Notes: generated from the sequence alone by a model not told the origin. DNA of 64,000 nt from a virus (IMGVR_UViG_3300006620_000007), one strand, 5' to 3'; counted from the first letter of the stretch, positions 19,705 through 31,359 are shown. Translations and numbers: made by a program.

Positions 19705-22700
19705 TTATCCCATCAAAAACATATTTAGCGCCACAGGTGCACCATCAACTCCACCTTGGAAATTGAATTGTGCTTTTACGTTAATCGGAACTACTGTGGT
19801 TGTAGTGATTTCCTGTCCGGAAATTTGTACAAGACCTGCAATAATTTGGTTAACGTTAAGAGTGGATGCACCACCACCAATCTGTGACGTGATATATGTT
19901 CTAATTGCTCTTTGTGTTGGTACAATACTGTCGCTGTTTGCGGCAAATGTACCATCGGTGCTAAATTCGTTGACTGTTGCGCCTGTGTTACCAAGTGCAA
20001 TGTTACCCAATGACAGTTCTTGCAATCCACTAATGTTAAATGCATCAGCGTTAAGTGTCGCAACACCTGTTGACTGTTCAACGTTAAACAGTCCACCTAC
20101 TCTAAAGTTACCATCTTGGTCTGTTGACGTAAAGAATACTCTTCCGCCACCGCCCTCAACGGCTTCACTTGCTGGAACTGGGTCCTGCAATGGTAAGTTT
20201 GGATAATTTGTTGTAGTAAAGTTACCTGTACCAATGTCTAAGAAGTCATGTCCTGTTAGACGTACTTGTGAGTATCTTAATCTAATCTCTGAACTTTCTG
20301 TATGCACTGGTGCATCATCTACTGGAATGTCTGGACTTACTTGCAACTGTGCAGTAAATGGTCCATCTGATCCGCCTAATAAATTTGTAACAGCAACAAG
20401 TTTGTAAAACACTGTTGGCTGATTTGAAAACACAACGTTTGAACCTGCTCTTGGTGTTGTTTTTAATCCTGATACCTGTACAAACTTACCACTTTGTAAG
20501 TTGTCCATAAATCCACCACCATATGTTACTTTACCACCGGTAGTGTATGTACCTTGTGTTGTTGTATCAATTGTGTCTGTTAAGTTAGGATCTGAGTAAA
20601 GATCAAAATTGTCTGCATCAATAACTTTTACATAGAAAGTTGTTGGATCAAATAATCTAATCATTCCTAATACTTCTTTGATGTTTACTTTAGTTCCATC
20701 TAATGTAATACCATGTGCTGTTGCTGTAACTCTACATGGATTAGATTTAGCAACACCTGTAATATTCTTCTCAATTTTTGTTGCAGTAACAAGTGCAGTT
20801 GCAGTATCAAAGCCGTCACCTCTACCTCCGTTAGTTGCACCAGCAAACGTTGGCTGACCTAATACACCGTCACCAACTCTAATTTCAAATGGTGCTTCAA
20901 TAGTATTGTTTGGATCAGTAATTGTCATTGTTACTGAACTGTCATAACCTTGTCCTGGCTCAATAATTCTAACCTGATTAATTTTTCCGTCTTGTACTCT
21001 ACATCTACCAATTGCTTGTACACTTGTACTTGAACCGTCACCAGTTGGTGTACTAAAAGTTAGTCTTGGTTCAATTTCATAAGTTGTTGTACTGTCAAGT
21101 AATGGTACAATCGCTTCACCAATGATGTTATCCCAACCTGGAGTACCATCACTGTATTTTCTTACAGTTGCAACTTTTGTACCTGCATTGTAAGTGTCGA
21201 TGTAAGCATATTGTCCTGTACCTAATCCTGATACAATCCAAATAGCCATTCCAGCAAGTTCACCTGATGTATTTGTATCCGTGTTTGAAATTGTAATCTG
21301 TGTTGTGTTACCAATCTGTGCCGCGTTACCTGCTGTGTTATAATCCTTACCACCGAAGTTATCACTTGTATTAAGTAATCTTACTTCCATGATTCCGGCT
21401 GTTCTGTATGTTGGTGTTACAGTTCCTAAACCAAAACCGTCGCCAGTAATAGTAATGACTGCATTACCGCCGTTAGTATCATAATCTCTACCAGCATTTA
21501 AATACTCCACTGCTATGACTCTTGATGCATCAGTCATTACCTGAGCAATCTGAGCCTGTTTATCTTTGTTATCTGTGTATGCAATGATAGGTGTTTCTGT
21601 TGCGTCAACACCTTCTGCAACTGTACCAAATGTACCATATGAACTGTTACCGTTCGTAGCACGTATCTTACCGCCGTTCTCTGCAAGGTATCCAATGTGT
21701 CCGTAGTATGAGAACACGGAAACAAGTTCTGTTCTACCTAAGTTTGTACACCATACACCAATACCATCTGATAGTACCTGTGTAAAGTCGTTAGCAACGA
21801 TAGAATCGTTACCACCTGCGTGTAAGTCACCGTCAATTTTTAATCCTACACAACCTGTACCAAAGTTTGTTACGTTTTGTACATAACAAGATTTGTTAAT
21901 AATCCAAACATCTTTGTGTGCAGTACCCCAACCTGGATCCAACGATACATAAGCACCAGCACTTGGACGTTTAGTTCCATAAGTGTTTACTGAACCAAGT
22001 ACACCACTTAATCCAGTTAGTGTCATGTTTCTAATACCTGTACCATTACGTACATAGTACATGTCATTTAGTGTTGAACCGTTTGCAGAGTTAATATATA
22101 ATTCTGCGGCTCTTAAACCTTTGTAGTTTCCTGTGTAAATTATGTCATGTTGTATTGCTTCAATGTAACGTCTAACATCACGTTTACAAGAATTTTTAAG
22201 TGCAGTTGTAAAAGAGTAAGCAGGATAATCAATTGAAATCTTACTAACTACTTCTTCAACTAAGAATTCTTTGTTTGCTTCAAGTCTAATAACTGCGTCA
22301 GTGTAACCTGCTGTCTTAACAGGATCGTTAACACCTGCAAAAGCAACATCTGAACCGTTTGCATTTAATACAAAGTCAATTTTATTTTTTATCGCTGTAG
22401 CAACTGCCGCCGCTGATGCTCCAGCCGCCGCCGAACCTGCCGGTACTGCTGTGTCTTGTGCTTTAACTGCTGGATATACTTTAGTACCTAATGAACAAGT
22501 CCAAGTAATGTTAGCAACTTGTACAACGTCAGTTGCCACTGCACCGTGTGCCGCGTCTGTTGTTATTGATACTATACCTGTAACATTATCGTAAGCGGCC
22601 GCTGTAACGTTTACAGTAGTTCCGCTAAATGTAACTGTACCTCCACTTGTATAAGTGTGAGCATAACTGTTTGCACCTGTCATTATATCTAAAGTAGTTG

Positions 22701-25047
22701 CTGATGCATTAGATGCAAGTACAACAAAACTATTTTGCGTACTTGTTACTGCTGAGTTTGTAATAACATCATCTACAATGCTTGCCAAGTGTGTAAGTCC
22801 TGCTAATGAATAAACACTATCGCCTGAATTTGTTAACTGTCCTGCTGGTGAAACTTTAGTTGAACGTAGTTCGTCACCAACCACAGCACAACCTTCTGGT
22901 ACAACCATTGGAAGTACTTCGTTAAATTGACCTGTCTTAACAAAAAGTGTGTCGTTTGCAATTAATTGTGCTGGGACACCAGTTGTGTTACCTGCGGTCA
23001 AAGCCGCTGTAGCAATAGCTCTAAGAGCGTTTAAGATGCCTTGTGCTTCAGGTTCTTCAACTCTTGTAGAATCTGTTACACGTAAAGTTGGAGTAGCAAC
23101 ACTTCTTAATGCTTGGTAATCGTTTGATGGTGCATCTTGTGTAATTACATCGTCAAGTAATTCTGTAACGAATGTAAGTGTTGCCGCAAATTCAGCAGTG
23201 ATACCATCATTACTTACATAGTATTGATCTGCCGCACTGTCAAAATATGCAAGTGTTTCTAATCTTGTTTTCTTATTACCACCATGTGATAAATCCCAAA
23301 TAAGTGCATCAACAAATGTACCTATGTCTCTACGCCAGTTAGCCGCAGTGTATGTAAATGAACCTGTGAAAGGAGCAATTGATCCAACAATCTGTGTATC
23401 AACCCAACTTAACACTTCATCTTGAATGAATGCTTTGTTAATTTTTATTAATTGTGTTGCGTTAGGTTTTCTTGCACCTTTTTCAATTTGCTGTAAACCA
23501 AATTGTACAGTTCTAAAAGGTTTGTCAAGTGTAACACCTGCCGCTGGAACATCACTATCAACTCCATCAAGTGCAGTATAATAAACTGCATCAAGTTGAC
23601 CAAAGAATGACCATTCTGGATCTGTTCCCGATTCGTTAACTTTTAATACTTGTCCTGGTTGACCAACTGGTAATCTTGTTGGACCTGATCCACCATAGTA
23701 AACAAGGTCACCACGTGTAGTTAAGTTACCTGCTTCAGCACCACCGTTTAATAAATTCCAAAAGTTTCCTGCTGTGTCTTGGTCTGGTCTATTTTGTCCT
23801 GCACCAACTTGCTCTGAAGTGTGTGGAGCAACACAAACATATGAGTTAACATCGTTAATACCTCTAACAACATCACCTTTGTCATAGTAAACTGCATTAG
23901 TCCATGCACCTTTCCAGTATAAACCTTCATTAAGTTTATCCCAGTATACGTTGTCTGGTGGTCTGTTACCTGTACCATCTGCAAGTGCAATAAATGTCCA
24001 ACCTCCAAGTCTAACTACATCGCCGATCTTATAAGCCGTTGCGTTATTGTAATCACCCTTGAAAGAAAATCCTGTTGTAAATAAATCCCAATCACTTGCG
24101 TTGTTGTATGGAATAATATTAAAGTTGTTTGTTTTTGAAACATAAGTGTAACCACCATAAGTAACAACGTCACCTGGTTGGAAGTTTACATTGTTCTGCC
24201 AACTGTCTTCAAATTCTAATCCTGGAATAAAGATAGACCATTTTGCTTCGTCAGCCGCAAGTGTTGCACCTGCTGTGTGGAACGTTCCACAAATCCATAA
24301 GTCTGAACCATACTTAACAACATCATTGTTTTTGTATCTTGTTCCTGTAGTCCAATCACCTAAGTATTCAATACCTTTGTGTAAGTAATCCCACTTGGCT
24401 TGATCTGCTTCAAGTCCTGCTGTATTGTCAGCGCCTGCTGTATGTCCAGTGTTACAAACATAAACTTGTCCACCGTAACGTACAACGTCACCTTTCTTAT
24501 ATCTTGTTGTTGCAATCCAAGCGTTTAACCAAGTTAAACCATTTGCAAATAAATCCCATTTAGATTGATCTAATTCTAATCCGTCACCTACTGTTGCGCC
24601 AGATGTGTGTGCTTCTGTACACAAGTACATAACGCCACCATAACGAACAATGTCATTAACTTTATATCTTGTTGAAACACCCCAATCACCTAACCAGTCA
24701 AATCCTTCACAGAATAAATCCCATTTAGATTGATCTAATTCTAAGCCATCTGATGTAGTTGTTGCAGAAGTATGACCTGTGTTTGCAACATATAGGTACC
24801 CGCCGTACTTAACAATGTCATTAGGTTTGTAAACTGTTGATAATGCCCAGTTACCTTTCCACTCAGTACCATCTGCCATCTTGTCAAAGTTAGCAATATC
24901 TGAGTCGAAGTTAGAACTTGTGTGGCCAGTATTAACAATATATGTACGACCACCGTAGCGGACTACATCGTCTTTAAAGTATTCTTTGGCTGAGATCCAA
25001 GATCCCTTCCAAATAAACCTAATTCTACCTAATTTAAACTCTGCCAT
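19705..25047 (-). CDS. Giant fibre-like protein, 1780 aa: 8 N-terminal CBM5/12-like repeats and a pectin-lyase-like beta-helix
   Basis: Repeats W...W.....Y...D.V.YGG..Y.....HTS; ANDFTQ...DGIG.W...ELVSVF.YY..IGYL...GGK.RATNGN.SYG; C-terminal YSQVRLTGHDFL shared with the next gene. Confidence 0.75.
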   Translation of the reverse strand: MAEFKLGRIRFIWKGSWISAKEYFKDDVVRYGGRTYIVNTGHTSSNFDSDIANFDKMADGTEWKGNWALSTVYKPNDIVKYGGYLYVANTGHTSATTTSDGLELDQSKWDLFCEGFDWLGDWGVSTRYKVNDIVRYGGVMYLCTEAHTSGATVGDGLELDQSKWDLFANGLTWLNAWIATTRYKKGDVVRYGGQVYVCNTGHTAGADNTAGLEADQAKWDYLHKGIEYLGDWTTGTRYKNNDVVKYGSDLWICGTFHTAGATLAADEAKWSIFIPGLEFEDSWQNNVNFQPGDVVTYGGYTYVSKTNNFNIIPYNNASDWDLFTTGFSFKGDYNNATAYKIGDVVRLGGWTFIALADGTGNRPPDNVYWDKLNEGLYWKGAWTNAVYYDKGDVVRGINDVNSYVCVAPHTSEQVGAGQNRPDQDTAGNFWNLLNGGAEAGNLTTRGDLVYYGGSGPTRLPVGQPGQVLKVNESGTDPEWSFFGQLDAVYYTALDGVDSDVPAAGVTLDKPFRTVQFGLQQIEKGARKPNATQLIKINKAFIQDEVLSWVDTQIVGSIAPFTGSFTYTAANWRRDIGTFVDALIWDLSHGGNKKTRLETLAYFDSAADQYYVSNDGITAEFAATLTFVTELLDDVITQDAPSNDYQALRSVATPTLRVTDSTRVEEPEAQGILNALRAIATAALTAGNTTGVPAQLIANDTLFVKTGQFNEVLPMVVPEGCAVVGDELRSTKVSPAGQLTNSGDSVYSLAGLTHLASIVDDVITNSAVTSTQNSFVVLASNASATTLDIMTGANSYAHTYTSGGTVTFSGTTVNVTAAAYDNVTGIVSITTDAAHGAVATDVVQVANITWTCSLGTKVYPAVKAQDTAVPAGSAAAGASAAAVATAIKNKIDFVLNANGSDVAFAGVNDPVKTAGYTDAVIRLEANKEFLVEEVVSKISIDYPAYSFTTALKNSCKRDVRRYIEAIQHDIIYTGNYKGLRAAELYINSANGSTLNDMYYVRNGTGIRNMTLTGLSGVLGSVNTYGTKRPSAGAYVSLDPGWGTAHKDVWIINKSCYVQNVTNFGTGCVGLKIDGDLHAGGNDSIVANDFTQVLSDGIGVWCTNLGRTELVSVFSYYGHIGYLAENGGKIRATNGNSSYGTFGTVAEGVDATETPIIAYTDNKDKQAQIAQVMTDASRVIAVEYLNAGRDYDTNGGNAVITITGDGFGLGTVTPTYRTAGIMEVRLLNTSDNFGGKDYNTAGNAAQIGNTTQITISNTDTNTSGELAGMAIWIVSGLGTGQYAYIDTYNAGTKVATVRKYSDGTPGWDNIIGEAIVPLLDSTTTYEIEPRLTFSTPTGDGSSTSVQAIGRCRVQDGKINQVRIIEPGQGYDSSVTMTITDPNNTIEAPFEIRVGDGVLGQPTFAGATNGGRGDGFDTATALVTATKIEKNITGVAKSNPCRVTATAHGITLDGTKVNIKEVLGMIRLFDPTTFYVKVIDADNFDLYSDPNLTDTIDTTTQGTYTTGGKVTYGGGFMDNLQSGKFVQVSGLKTTPRAGSNVVFSNQPTVFYKLVAVTNLLGGSDGPFTAQLQVSPDIPVDDAPVHTESSEIRLRYSQVRLTGHDFLDIGTGNFTTTNYPNLPLQDPVPASEAVEGGGGRVFFTSTDQDGNFRVGGLFNVEQSTGVATLNADAFNISGLQELSLGNIALGNTGATVNEFSTDGTFAANSDSIVPTQRAIRTYITSQIGGGASTLNVNQIIAGLVQISGQEITTTTVVPINVKAQFNFQGGVDGAPVALNMFLMG
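23750..25020 (-). repeat. Eight ~50-55-aa carbohydrate-binding-module-like repeats
   Basis: Visible in translation; an identical 32-nt block AATAAATCCCATTTAGATTGATCTAATTCTAA lies at 24548-24579 and 24713-24744 (165-nt spacing). Confidence 0.8.
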
Positions 25048-25086
25048 TGTTATTTCCTAACGTTACATTTGTATTTATCATATCTG

Positions 25087-28000
25087 TTATTTCCCATGTC
25101 CCATTTCTTGTGGTGTAGTAGGTTCGATGAGATTCTCATCATGGTCAAGTCCGAAGTTTGTACCTGCTACAAACATACTGTGAGCCGCCATATCACCGTC
25201 TATTGATTTTTGGAAGTTCATTTGGGTAGTAACATTGATTTTTCTACTTGCTTCAGAACTAATTGCTCTACCTTGTATTCTAACTTCACCAGCGATAACT
25301 GCGTTAACGTTAACGTTTGTGCCACCGCCGCTAATTCTACTATCTACATATCCTGCAATAGCCCTTTGTGTAGGCACAATTTCGTTACTATTTGCTGTAA
25401 ATGTTGTATCAGTACTAAATTCTCTAATAACAGCATTTGTACCACCAAGTGTAACTCCGCCCAATCGTAATTCACTTAACCCATCTAACTCAAAGTATGA
25501 TGCGTTTAGTGTAACAATACCAGTTGCCTGTTCAACTGTAAACAATTCACCAACCCTAAAGTTACCATCTTGGTCAGTACTTGTGTAGAATACTCTACCA
25601 CCGCCTTTGTTTTCAGTTTCTTGGAATTCTCTTACGTCATAACCTTCAATTGGTGTTAGTAATGGATACTGTGAATTGTATAAGTTACCTTTACCAATTT
25701 CTAAGAAATCATGTCCTGTCAATCTTACCTGTGAATATTTCTGTCTAATTGTTAAAGTAGTTTCATGTTCTGGAGATTCTGCTCTATCAATGCTTGGAGT
25801 AATACCAAGTGTTGCTGTAAGGTTTGGCTCACTTCCTGTAACATTTGAAATAGTTTGTACAGCATAGAACACATCATTAATACCATCAATGTATAAGTTG
25901 TCACCTGGTCCAGGTTCTCTTGTTAAATCTTTAACTACAATGCTTGTACCAATTTGATACATGTCTGCATAACCGTCACCTTGAACTGTAACACCAATGT
26001 TAATGTATCCTGTACCTCTGTTTGTAAATTCAACTTGTCCAACACAACCATCTGCCATTCTAACATCATAGTAAACGTCTCTTGTGTTATCTGGATCAAT
26101 AATTGTCATTGTTGGAGGTGTTGATCCGTAACCTGATCCTGCTTCTTGTATGTAGAACGTAAGTAATTTACCACCACTTGCTCCTAACACAGTTGCTCTT
26201 GTTGTTGCACCTGTTTTTAAAGTTGCTAATGATGAAATAGATCCGTTTGTTGTTGGATAAAATATCGGACCTGTTGATGTTGCACTTGGTATCATACCAT
26301 TAAACGATCCGCCTAATGAAGTTTTACTTGTCCAATAAACACCATCGTCTGATTGAACAACTCCACCACTTGCTGAAATTCCTAAGAACACACCTTGATT
26401 GTATGCAAGGTAAATGTTATCTGAAACTTCTGTGTTATTACCTGCAATCCATACAGTACTTGCAGTCGCTATTGAAGCGTCTGTGAAACTGTGGAAGAAT
26501 TTATTATTTACAGTTGATAAATCGTTTGGTGAATCAAAAGTTGAAGCAACAAATTTACCTGCGCCGAACACAAGGTCACAAACATCATGTTGTACATCAC
26601 CAATGTCTGGTCCAGCAGTCCATGTAACACCATCGTCAACACTTTCCCATGTGTCGCCTGCTTCGTTACAAATTACCCATTTGCCATTTCCATAAGCCAT
26701 AAATTCTGCGTTACTTACACCTGCTGTAACTTCTGTCCAGTTAGCACCATCGTCTGCACTTCTATAAATTTTATCTGTTCCAGGACCAATAGCACATATA
26801 ACATTGTTACCAACTTCTATCTTAGTAAATGTTTGACTGTAACTTAATAAGTTAGTTGCAGAATCGCCCCAACTTGTTCCGTCATTGGATTGTTTAACTC
26901 TACCATTACCGTCAACTGCAACATATTGTGATGCGCCTCTAACAACTCCAATGTAAGTTAAATCTTGATATGAACTTGCTTCAGTAAATGAAGTTCCATC
27001 ATCTGTCCAAACAATGCTATTGTTACCAACAAGAACTGTTCTTTTGTTATTACCAATCTTAGCAGTAGCACTATCAATAGCCGCACTGTTACTTGGAAGT
27101 GTTGCACTGTTCTGTGTGAAACTTGGCGAAGTAAATGTAAGCCTTGGTGTAATCTCATAACGTGTAGTTTCGTCTAATACTGTTGCAATAGGTTCGCCTG
27201 GTAAATGATGTTGCCAACCTGGCAATCCATCTATAGGTCTTGCAACTGTCATTGTTTTATCACCAGCAGTAACACTGTCAATAGTAAATGTAACGTTACT
27301 ACCTGTGCCACCAATCGCCGCCGCTTGTATTGTTATAATATCTGCAACTTGGTTTGCTGTACCTGGATCTGTAATTGCTATTTGTACTAATCCAGTAGCA
27401 TCAACTGAAACTGTTACTGTTGGAGGTGTTGTATCTGCTCTACTACTTGTACCAACTTTACCTGTGTAAGTACCTTCAGTAAGTGCCGCATCTTGACCAC
27501 TTGTTACTGTTGTTGTTAATGCACCACCGTTGTTCCAGTCGTAACTTGTAATATAAGCGTATTGTCCTCTACCTTCACCTTCAATAATTGTAATTAATTT
27601 GTTTAAGTAATATTCCTCATTGTTAACATCTTGGTTAGCAATTTGTATGCTTGTTGCGTTACCACTTTGTGCTCTGTTGTTTGCGTATGTATATCCGTCA
27701 CCACCTGCAAAACTTGAGTCACCTGGATCAGTAACTCTAATTTCTTGTACTGCACCATCTCTAAATTCTGTTAATAAACCTGCCGCGTTAGCACCTGAAC
27801 CAGTAATATCTACTGTACCAGTTGTGTAATGCGTACCTGTTGTAGTATAACCAACTGCAAATAATTTGTTTTCATCGTTGTATACTTTACCTACTGTTGC
27901 TTCTGTTGAGTAGTTGTCTACCTTAGCACTGATAGGTGTTTCGTTGTTGTCAAATCCTAATGCAACTGAACCGTATTCACCATATGAGTTGTTACCATTT

Positions 28001-31000
28001 GTTGCACGTACCTTACCACCGTCAGTACACAAGTAACCAATGTAACAATAATATGTAAACACTGATACAAGTTCTGACAAACCATCTGCGTTACACCAGT
28101 AACCGATACCGTCTTGTATAATTTGTGTAAAGTCGTTAGCAACAATTGATTTGTTACCACCGTTATGTAATGTTCCATCAACTTTCATACCAACACATTT
28201 CGAACCAAACGTTGAACAGTTTTGTACGTATGTTGATTTAGTTGTAACCCAAACAGTTTCGTCGTCTGGTCCTGCACCTGGATCAAGTGCAACAAAAGCG
28301 TTACCTGGAGTTACTCTTCTAATTAAGTTTTCATCTGGATCTGTAAATTCACCTTCAAGTCCTGACATTGTTAAGTTTCTAATACCACAACCGTTTCTAA
28401 CACGGAACATGTCATTGCCTTTAGTTTGAGCAGTTGCTACTACTGATGTTGAACGTAATTCGTCACCTACAATAGCAACATCTTTTGGAACAGTAATCGG
28501 ACAAATTTCTTCGTAACGTCCTGTTTTAACAAGTATTGTTGCTGGTGCTCTTGTACCTTCATCTTCTAAAATATATTGTGTAGCATACTTAATTGTTTTA
28601 AATGGAGATGTTGCTGATAGTCCTCTACCTGCACTGTTACTGTCAACACCGTCTGGAGAAACAAAGTAAACTTTTTGTGTTTGCTCTAATGATTCCCAAT
28701 TTAAATCTGTGTCTGCCTTAACTTTTAGTGCATCACCCGGATTGTTAATTCCTAATCTTGCAGTACTTGTTGAACCATGTGTTCTGATATCACCATAGTA
28801 TTGAAGTACGTTTGTGTTACCGCCTTCAACAACTGTTTGCCAAAAATCTTGTTGTGTATAATCAATATCTAAGTCTGGTCTTGAACCTGATGTACTTGCA
28901 CTGTGTCTCTTAATACAACGATAAAGTGTTCCAACGTATGTTACAATATCACCTAACATATATTCGTTTGTTACTGGAGAAGCATTTACCATTACTGTTT
29001 CTGACCAGTTACCTCTAAACTTATCTCCGTCAATTAATGTTTGCCAGAAGTTATCTGAGTATTGTGTTGTTAGGAAACTTTGATCATACATACCACTATG
29101 TGCGTTACAAACAAGATAGTTTTTCTTGTATGCATCTCTTGGTACAATGTACTGTACATATCTTTCAGTTGCCGCGGCAAATCCTGAAACGTATGCCGCC
29201 AAGTCTGCAACTTGAACACCGTCTAACCACCATGTTTGACCATTGCCAACATAGTTATATTGTCCACCTGTATGATGACCATTTTCGCTTGTACTAATAT
29301 ACAATGCATGTGTAAGATTAGATGAATCGTTTTGATAAAACTTATAAGTGTTACCTTCTTTTAATGTTAATGCACCTACAAGTACGCCATTAACGTAATA
29401 TTTGTTTCCACTTCCTGGATTACCAACTGTAATTGTAACGTTTTCAGTTGACTTTGCATCATCTGGTTCGCTACCTACGTTATCTCTAAGTGCATGATAC
29501 AACCAACCGCCAAATCTTACAATGTCACCTGTTCTGTAAGCGGTAGCGGCATTCCAATCTGTTGCAGTTTCTCTTAAGTCTGGGTTTTGATTATATTGTG
29601 AACCTAATCTGTAACCTTGTACAGTTAATTCCCAGTCGCCTGTGTCTTGAGTAATGCCGTTTGCACTTGGTATACTGTTAGTACTAATTTGTAATGCAGT
29701 ATAAGTGTAACCACCGTAACGTACAATGTCGCCCGGTTGATAAACTTCTGATTCATTCCATTGTGTTTCATATTCATAACCTGGTAACCAGATAGTAAAG
29801 AAACTTTCTGCGAATGTTACATCTGAATTATGTCCTGTAGAACAATACCACATTGTAGGACCAAACCTTACAATGTCACCAACTTTATATTTTTCTCTTT
29901 TAGAAAGTGTTTGGTTACCTGTTCCGCCTTCTGCAAGTCTATTGTTTCTATTTGCAAGAGCATCATCTTTTTCAAAGTATAATTTAATACTATTACCGTC
30001 AACAAGTCTTACATAATAATAAGTGTTGTCAACAAGGTTGTCTGCCGCTGTTCCATCTGATGTATATTGAACTAAATCACCATCTGATAGTCCATGGCTT
30101 GTTGCTGTGATAACGCCGCCTACAACGGATTCAACTGCTATATCTGCTTTACTAACCCAATGTCCTTTATACTCAATACCTGAAAGGAAAATTTCCCATT
30201 TAGTTTGATCTTCTTCAAGACCAAGTCCATCATCGTTAGCACTAAAATGTCCTGTAGTACAACGATAAGTTATACCACCATAGCGTACTAAATCATCTTC
30301 TACATATCTTACTCTTGGTTTCCAAGTATCTTTCCATTGATCTGCTCTTGTAACAATTTCCCATTTTGTAATGTCTGCTTCAAGACCTGCAATAGTAGTT
30401 GAACTTGTATGTTCCTGTGTTGCAATATAAACTCTACCACCGTATTTTACTGTGTCTCCGATTGCATAGTTTACTTGTGGTAACCATTCGTATAACCAAT
30501 TTTGGTCTGCTACCATTAACTTCCAGTTACCAAAGTCGCTTTCACCTAACACACCTTGTTCTTGAATATTAATGTATGCACCTTTGTCTTCACTGTCTAC
30601 AGTTCTGTCAAAGTAATAAATTTTGTCTGGAGCAGTCATAGGAACTGTCCATCTAATTCTTCTGCTTGATGCTGACGCAAATCCACTTAGATAAGATGAA
30701 AGCGGTGCTTCAATACCATCAAGATAATATGTAAATCCTTCTGTGTAATAATCTACTAATGCTGTTTCATGCTTGTCTCCATCTTCATACTTACTAAATG
30801 CAAGTGGATGAGTTTGACTTCCAAACGTTGCGTTAGTTGCATCGTCTTGATTAAATTCGTATGTTGATCCTTTATTAAATGTTAAAATATTTTTTTCAGT
30901 ACCATTTAAATAAATTGTACCTGTAGCAGATTGTCCTCTACCTGTTGGAAAAATACTACCAGAATCGTAATCTATTGTAACTGCAACTTCTGTTGCACTT

Positions 31001-31320
31001 TCTGGCACTGAATATGAGGAAGAAGTATGTCCAATAATTGCCGCATACACTTGTCCGCCATAACGTACAATGTCGTTAACTCTGTAATAATAATTAGGTT
31101 TCCATGCATCAAGCCACTCATAACCGTCTGACATTTGTGTCCATTTAGGTAATGTAGCATTTAAGTAGTCTACGTAAAAGTCCGGATCAGATGTGTGACC
31201 ATTTAAGCAAACAAACGTTTTACCACCATATGATACTATATCGTCTTTAATATATTGTTTGGCCGTTTGCCAAGGACCTGTCCATCTAAAGCGGATTCTA
31301 TCAAGTTTAAATTCAGCCAT
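25087..31320 (-). CDS. Giant fibre-like protein, 2077 aa, paralog of 19705..25047 with cupredoxin-like and Asp-box propeller insertions
   Basis: MAEFKLDRIRF vs MAEFKLGRIRF; same 8-repeat scaffold and beta-helix; Asp-boxes (SNDGTSW, SADDGANW, SVDDGVTW, SDDGVYW) near 26300-27050; VCNAHSGM near 29089-29109. Confidence 0.75.
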   Translation of the reverse strand: MAEFKLDRIRFRWTGPWQTAKQYIKDDIVSYGGKTFVCLNGHTSDPDFYVDYLNATLPKWTQMSDGYEWLDAWKPNYYYRVNDIVRYGGQVYAAIIGHTSSSYSVPESATEVAVTIDYDSGSIFPTGRGQSATGTIYLNGTEKNILTFNKGSTYEFNQDDATNATFGSQTHPLAFSKYEDGDKHETALVDYYTEGFTYYLDGIEAPLSSYLSGFASASSRRIRWTVPMTAPDKIYYFDRTVDSEDKGAYINIQEQGVLGESDFGNWKLMVADQNWLYEWLPQVNYAIGDTVKYGGRVYIATQEHTSSTTIAGLEADITKWEIVTRADQWKDTWKPRVRYVEDDLVRYGGITYRCTTGHFSANDDGLGLEEDQTKWEIFLSGIEYKGHWVSKADIAVESVVGGVITATSHGLSDGDLVQYTSDGTAADNLVDNTYYYVRLVDGNSIKLYFEKDDALANRNNRLAEGGTGNQTLSKREKYKVGDIVRFGPTMWYCSTGHNSDVTFAESFFTIWLPGYEYETQWNESEVYQPGDIVRYGGYTYTALQISTNSIPSANGITQDTGDWELTVQGYRLGSQYNQNPDLRETATDWNAATAYRTGDIVRFGGWLYHALRDNVGSEPDDAKSTENVTITVGNPGSGNKYYVNGVLVGALTLKEGNTYKFYQNDSSNLTHALYISTSENGHHTGGQYNYVGNGQTWWLDGVQVADLAAYVSGFAAATERYVQYIVPRDAYKKNYLVCNAHSGMYDQSFLTTQYSDNFWQTLIDGDKFRGNWSETVMVNASPVTNEYMLGDIVTYVGTLYRCIKRHSASTSGSRPDLDIDYTQQDFWQTVVEGGNTNVLQYYGDIRTHGSTSTARLGINNPGDALKVKADTDLNWESLEQTQKVYFVSPDGVDSNSAGRGLSATSPFKTIKYATQYILEDEGTRAPATILVKTGRYEEICPITVPKDVAIVGDELRSTSVVATAQTKGNDMFRVRNGCGIRNLTMSGLEGEFTDPDENLIRRVTPGNAFVALDPGAGPDDETVWVTTKSTYVQNCSTFGSKCVGMKVDGTLHNGGNKSIVANDFTQIIQDGIGYWCNADGLSELVSVFTYYCYIGYLCTDGGKVRATNGNNSYGEYGSVALGFDNNETPISAKVDNYSTEATVGKVYNDENKLFAVGYTTTGTHYTTGTVDITGSGANAAGLLTEFRDGAVQEIRVTDPGDSSFAGGDGYTYANNRAQSGNATSIQIANQDVNNEEYYLNKLITIIEGEGRGQYAYITSYDWNNGGALTTTVTSGQDAALTEGTYTGKVGTSSRADTTPPTVTVSVDATGLVQIAITDPGTANQVADIITIQAAAIGGTGSNVTFTIDSVTAGDKTMTVARPIDGLPGWQHHLPGEPIATVLDETTRYEITPRLTFTSPSFTQNSATLPSNSAAIDSATAKIGNNKRTVLVGNNSIVWTDDGTSFTEASSYQDLTYIGVVRGASQYVAVDGNGRVKQSNDGTSWGDSATNLLSYSQTFTKIEVGNNVICAIGPGTDKIYRSADDGANWTEVTAGVSNAEFMAYGNGKWVICNEAGDTWESVDDGVTWTAGPDIGDVQHDVCDLVFGAGKFVASTFDSPNDLSTVNNKFFHSFTDASIATASTVWIAGNNTEVSDNIYLAYNQGVFLGISASGGVVQSDDGVYWTSKTSLGGSFNGMIPSATSTGPIFYPTTNGSISSLATLKTGATTRATVLGASGGKLLTFYIQEAGSGYGSTPPTMTIIDPDNTRDVYYDVRMADGCVGQVEFTNRGTGYINIGVTVQGDGYADMYQIGTSIVVKDLTREPGPGDNLYIDGINDVFYAVQTISNVTGSEPNLTATLGITPSIDRAESPEHETTLTIRQKYSQVRLTGHDFLEIGKGNLYNSQYPLLTPIEGYDVREFQETENKGGGRVFYTSTDQDGNFRVGELFTVEQATGIVTLNASYFELDGLSELRLGGVTLGGTNAVIREFSTDTTFTANSNEIVPTQRAIAGYVDSRISGGGTNVNVNAVIAGEVRIQGRAISSEASRKINVTTQMNFQKSIDGDMAAHSMFVAGTNFGLDHDENLIEPTTPQEMGHGK

Positions 31321-31359
31321 TGTTTCTACTTTCCTGCATGTTCATATTGTATTTAACCA

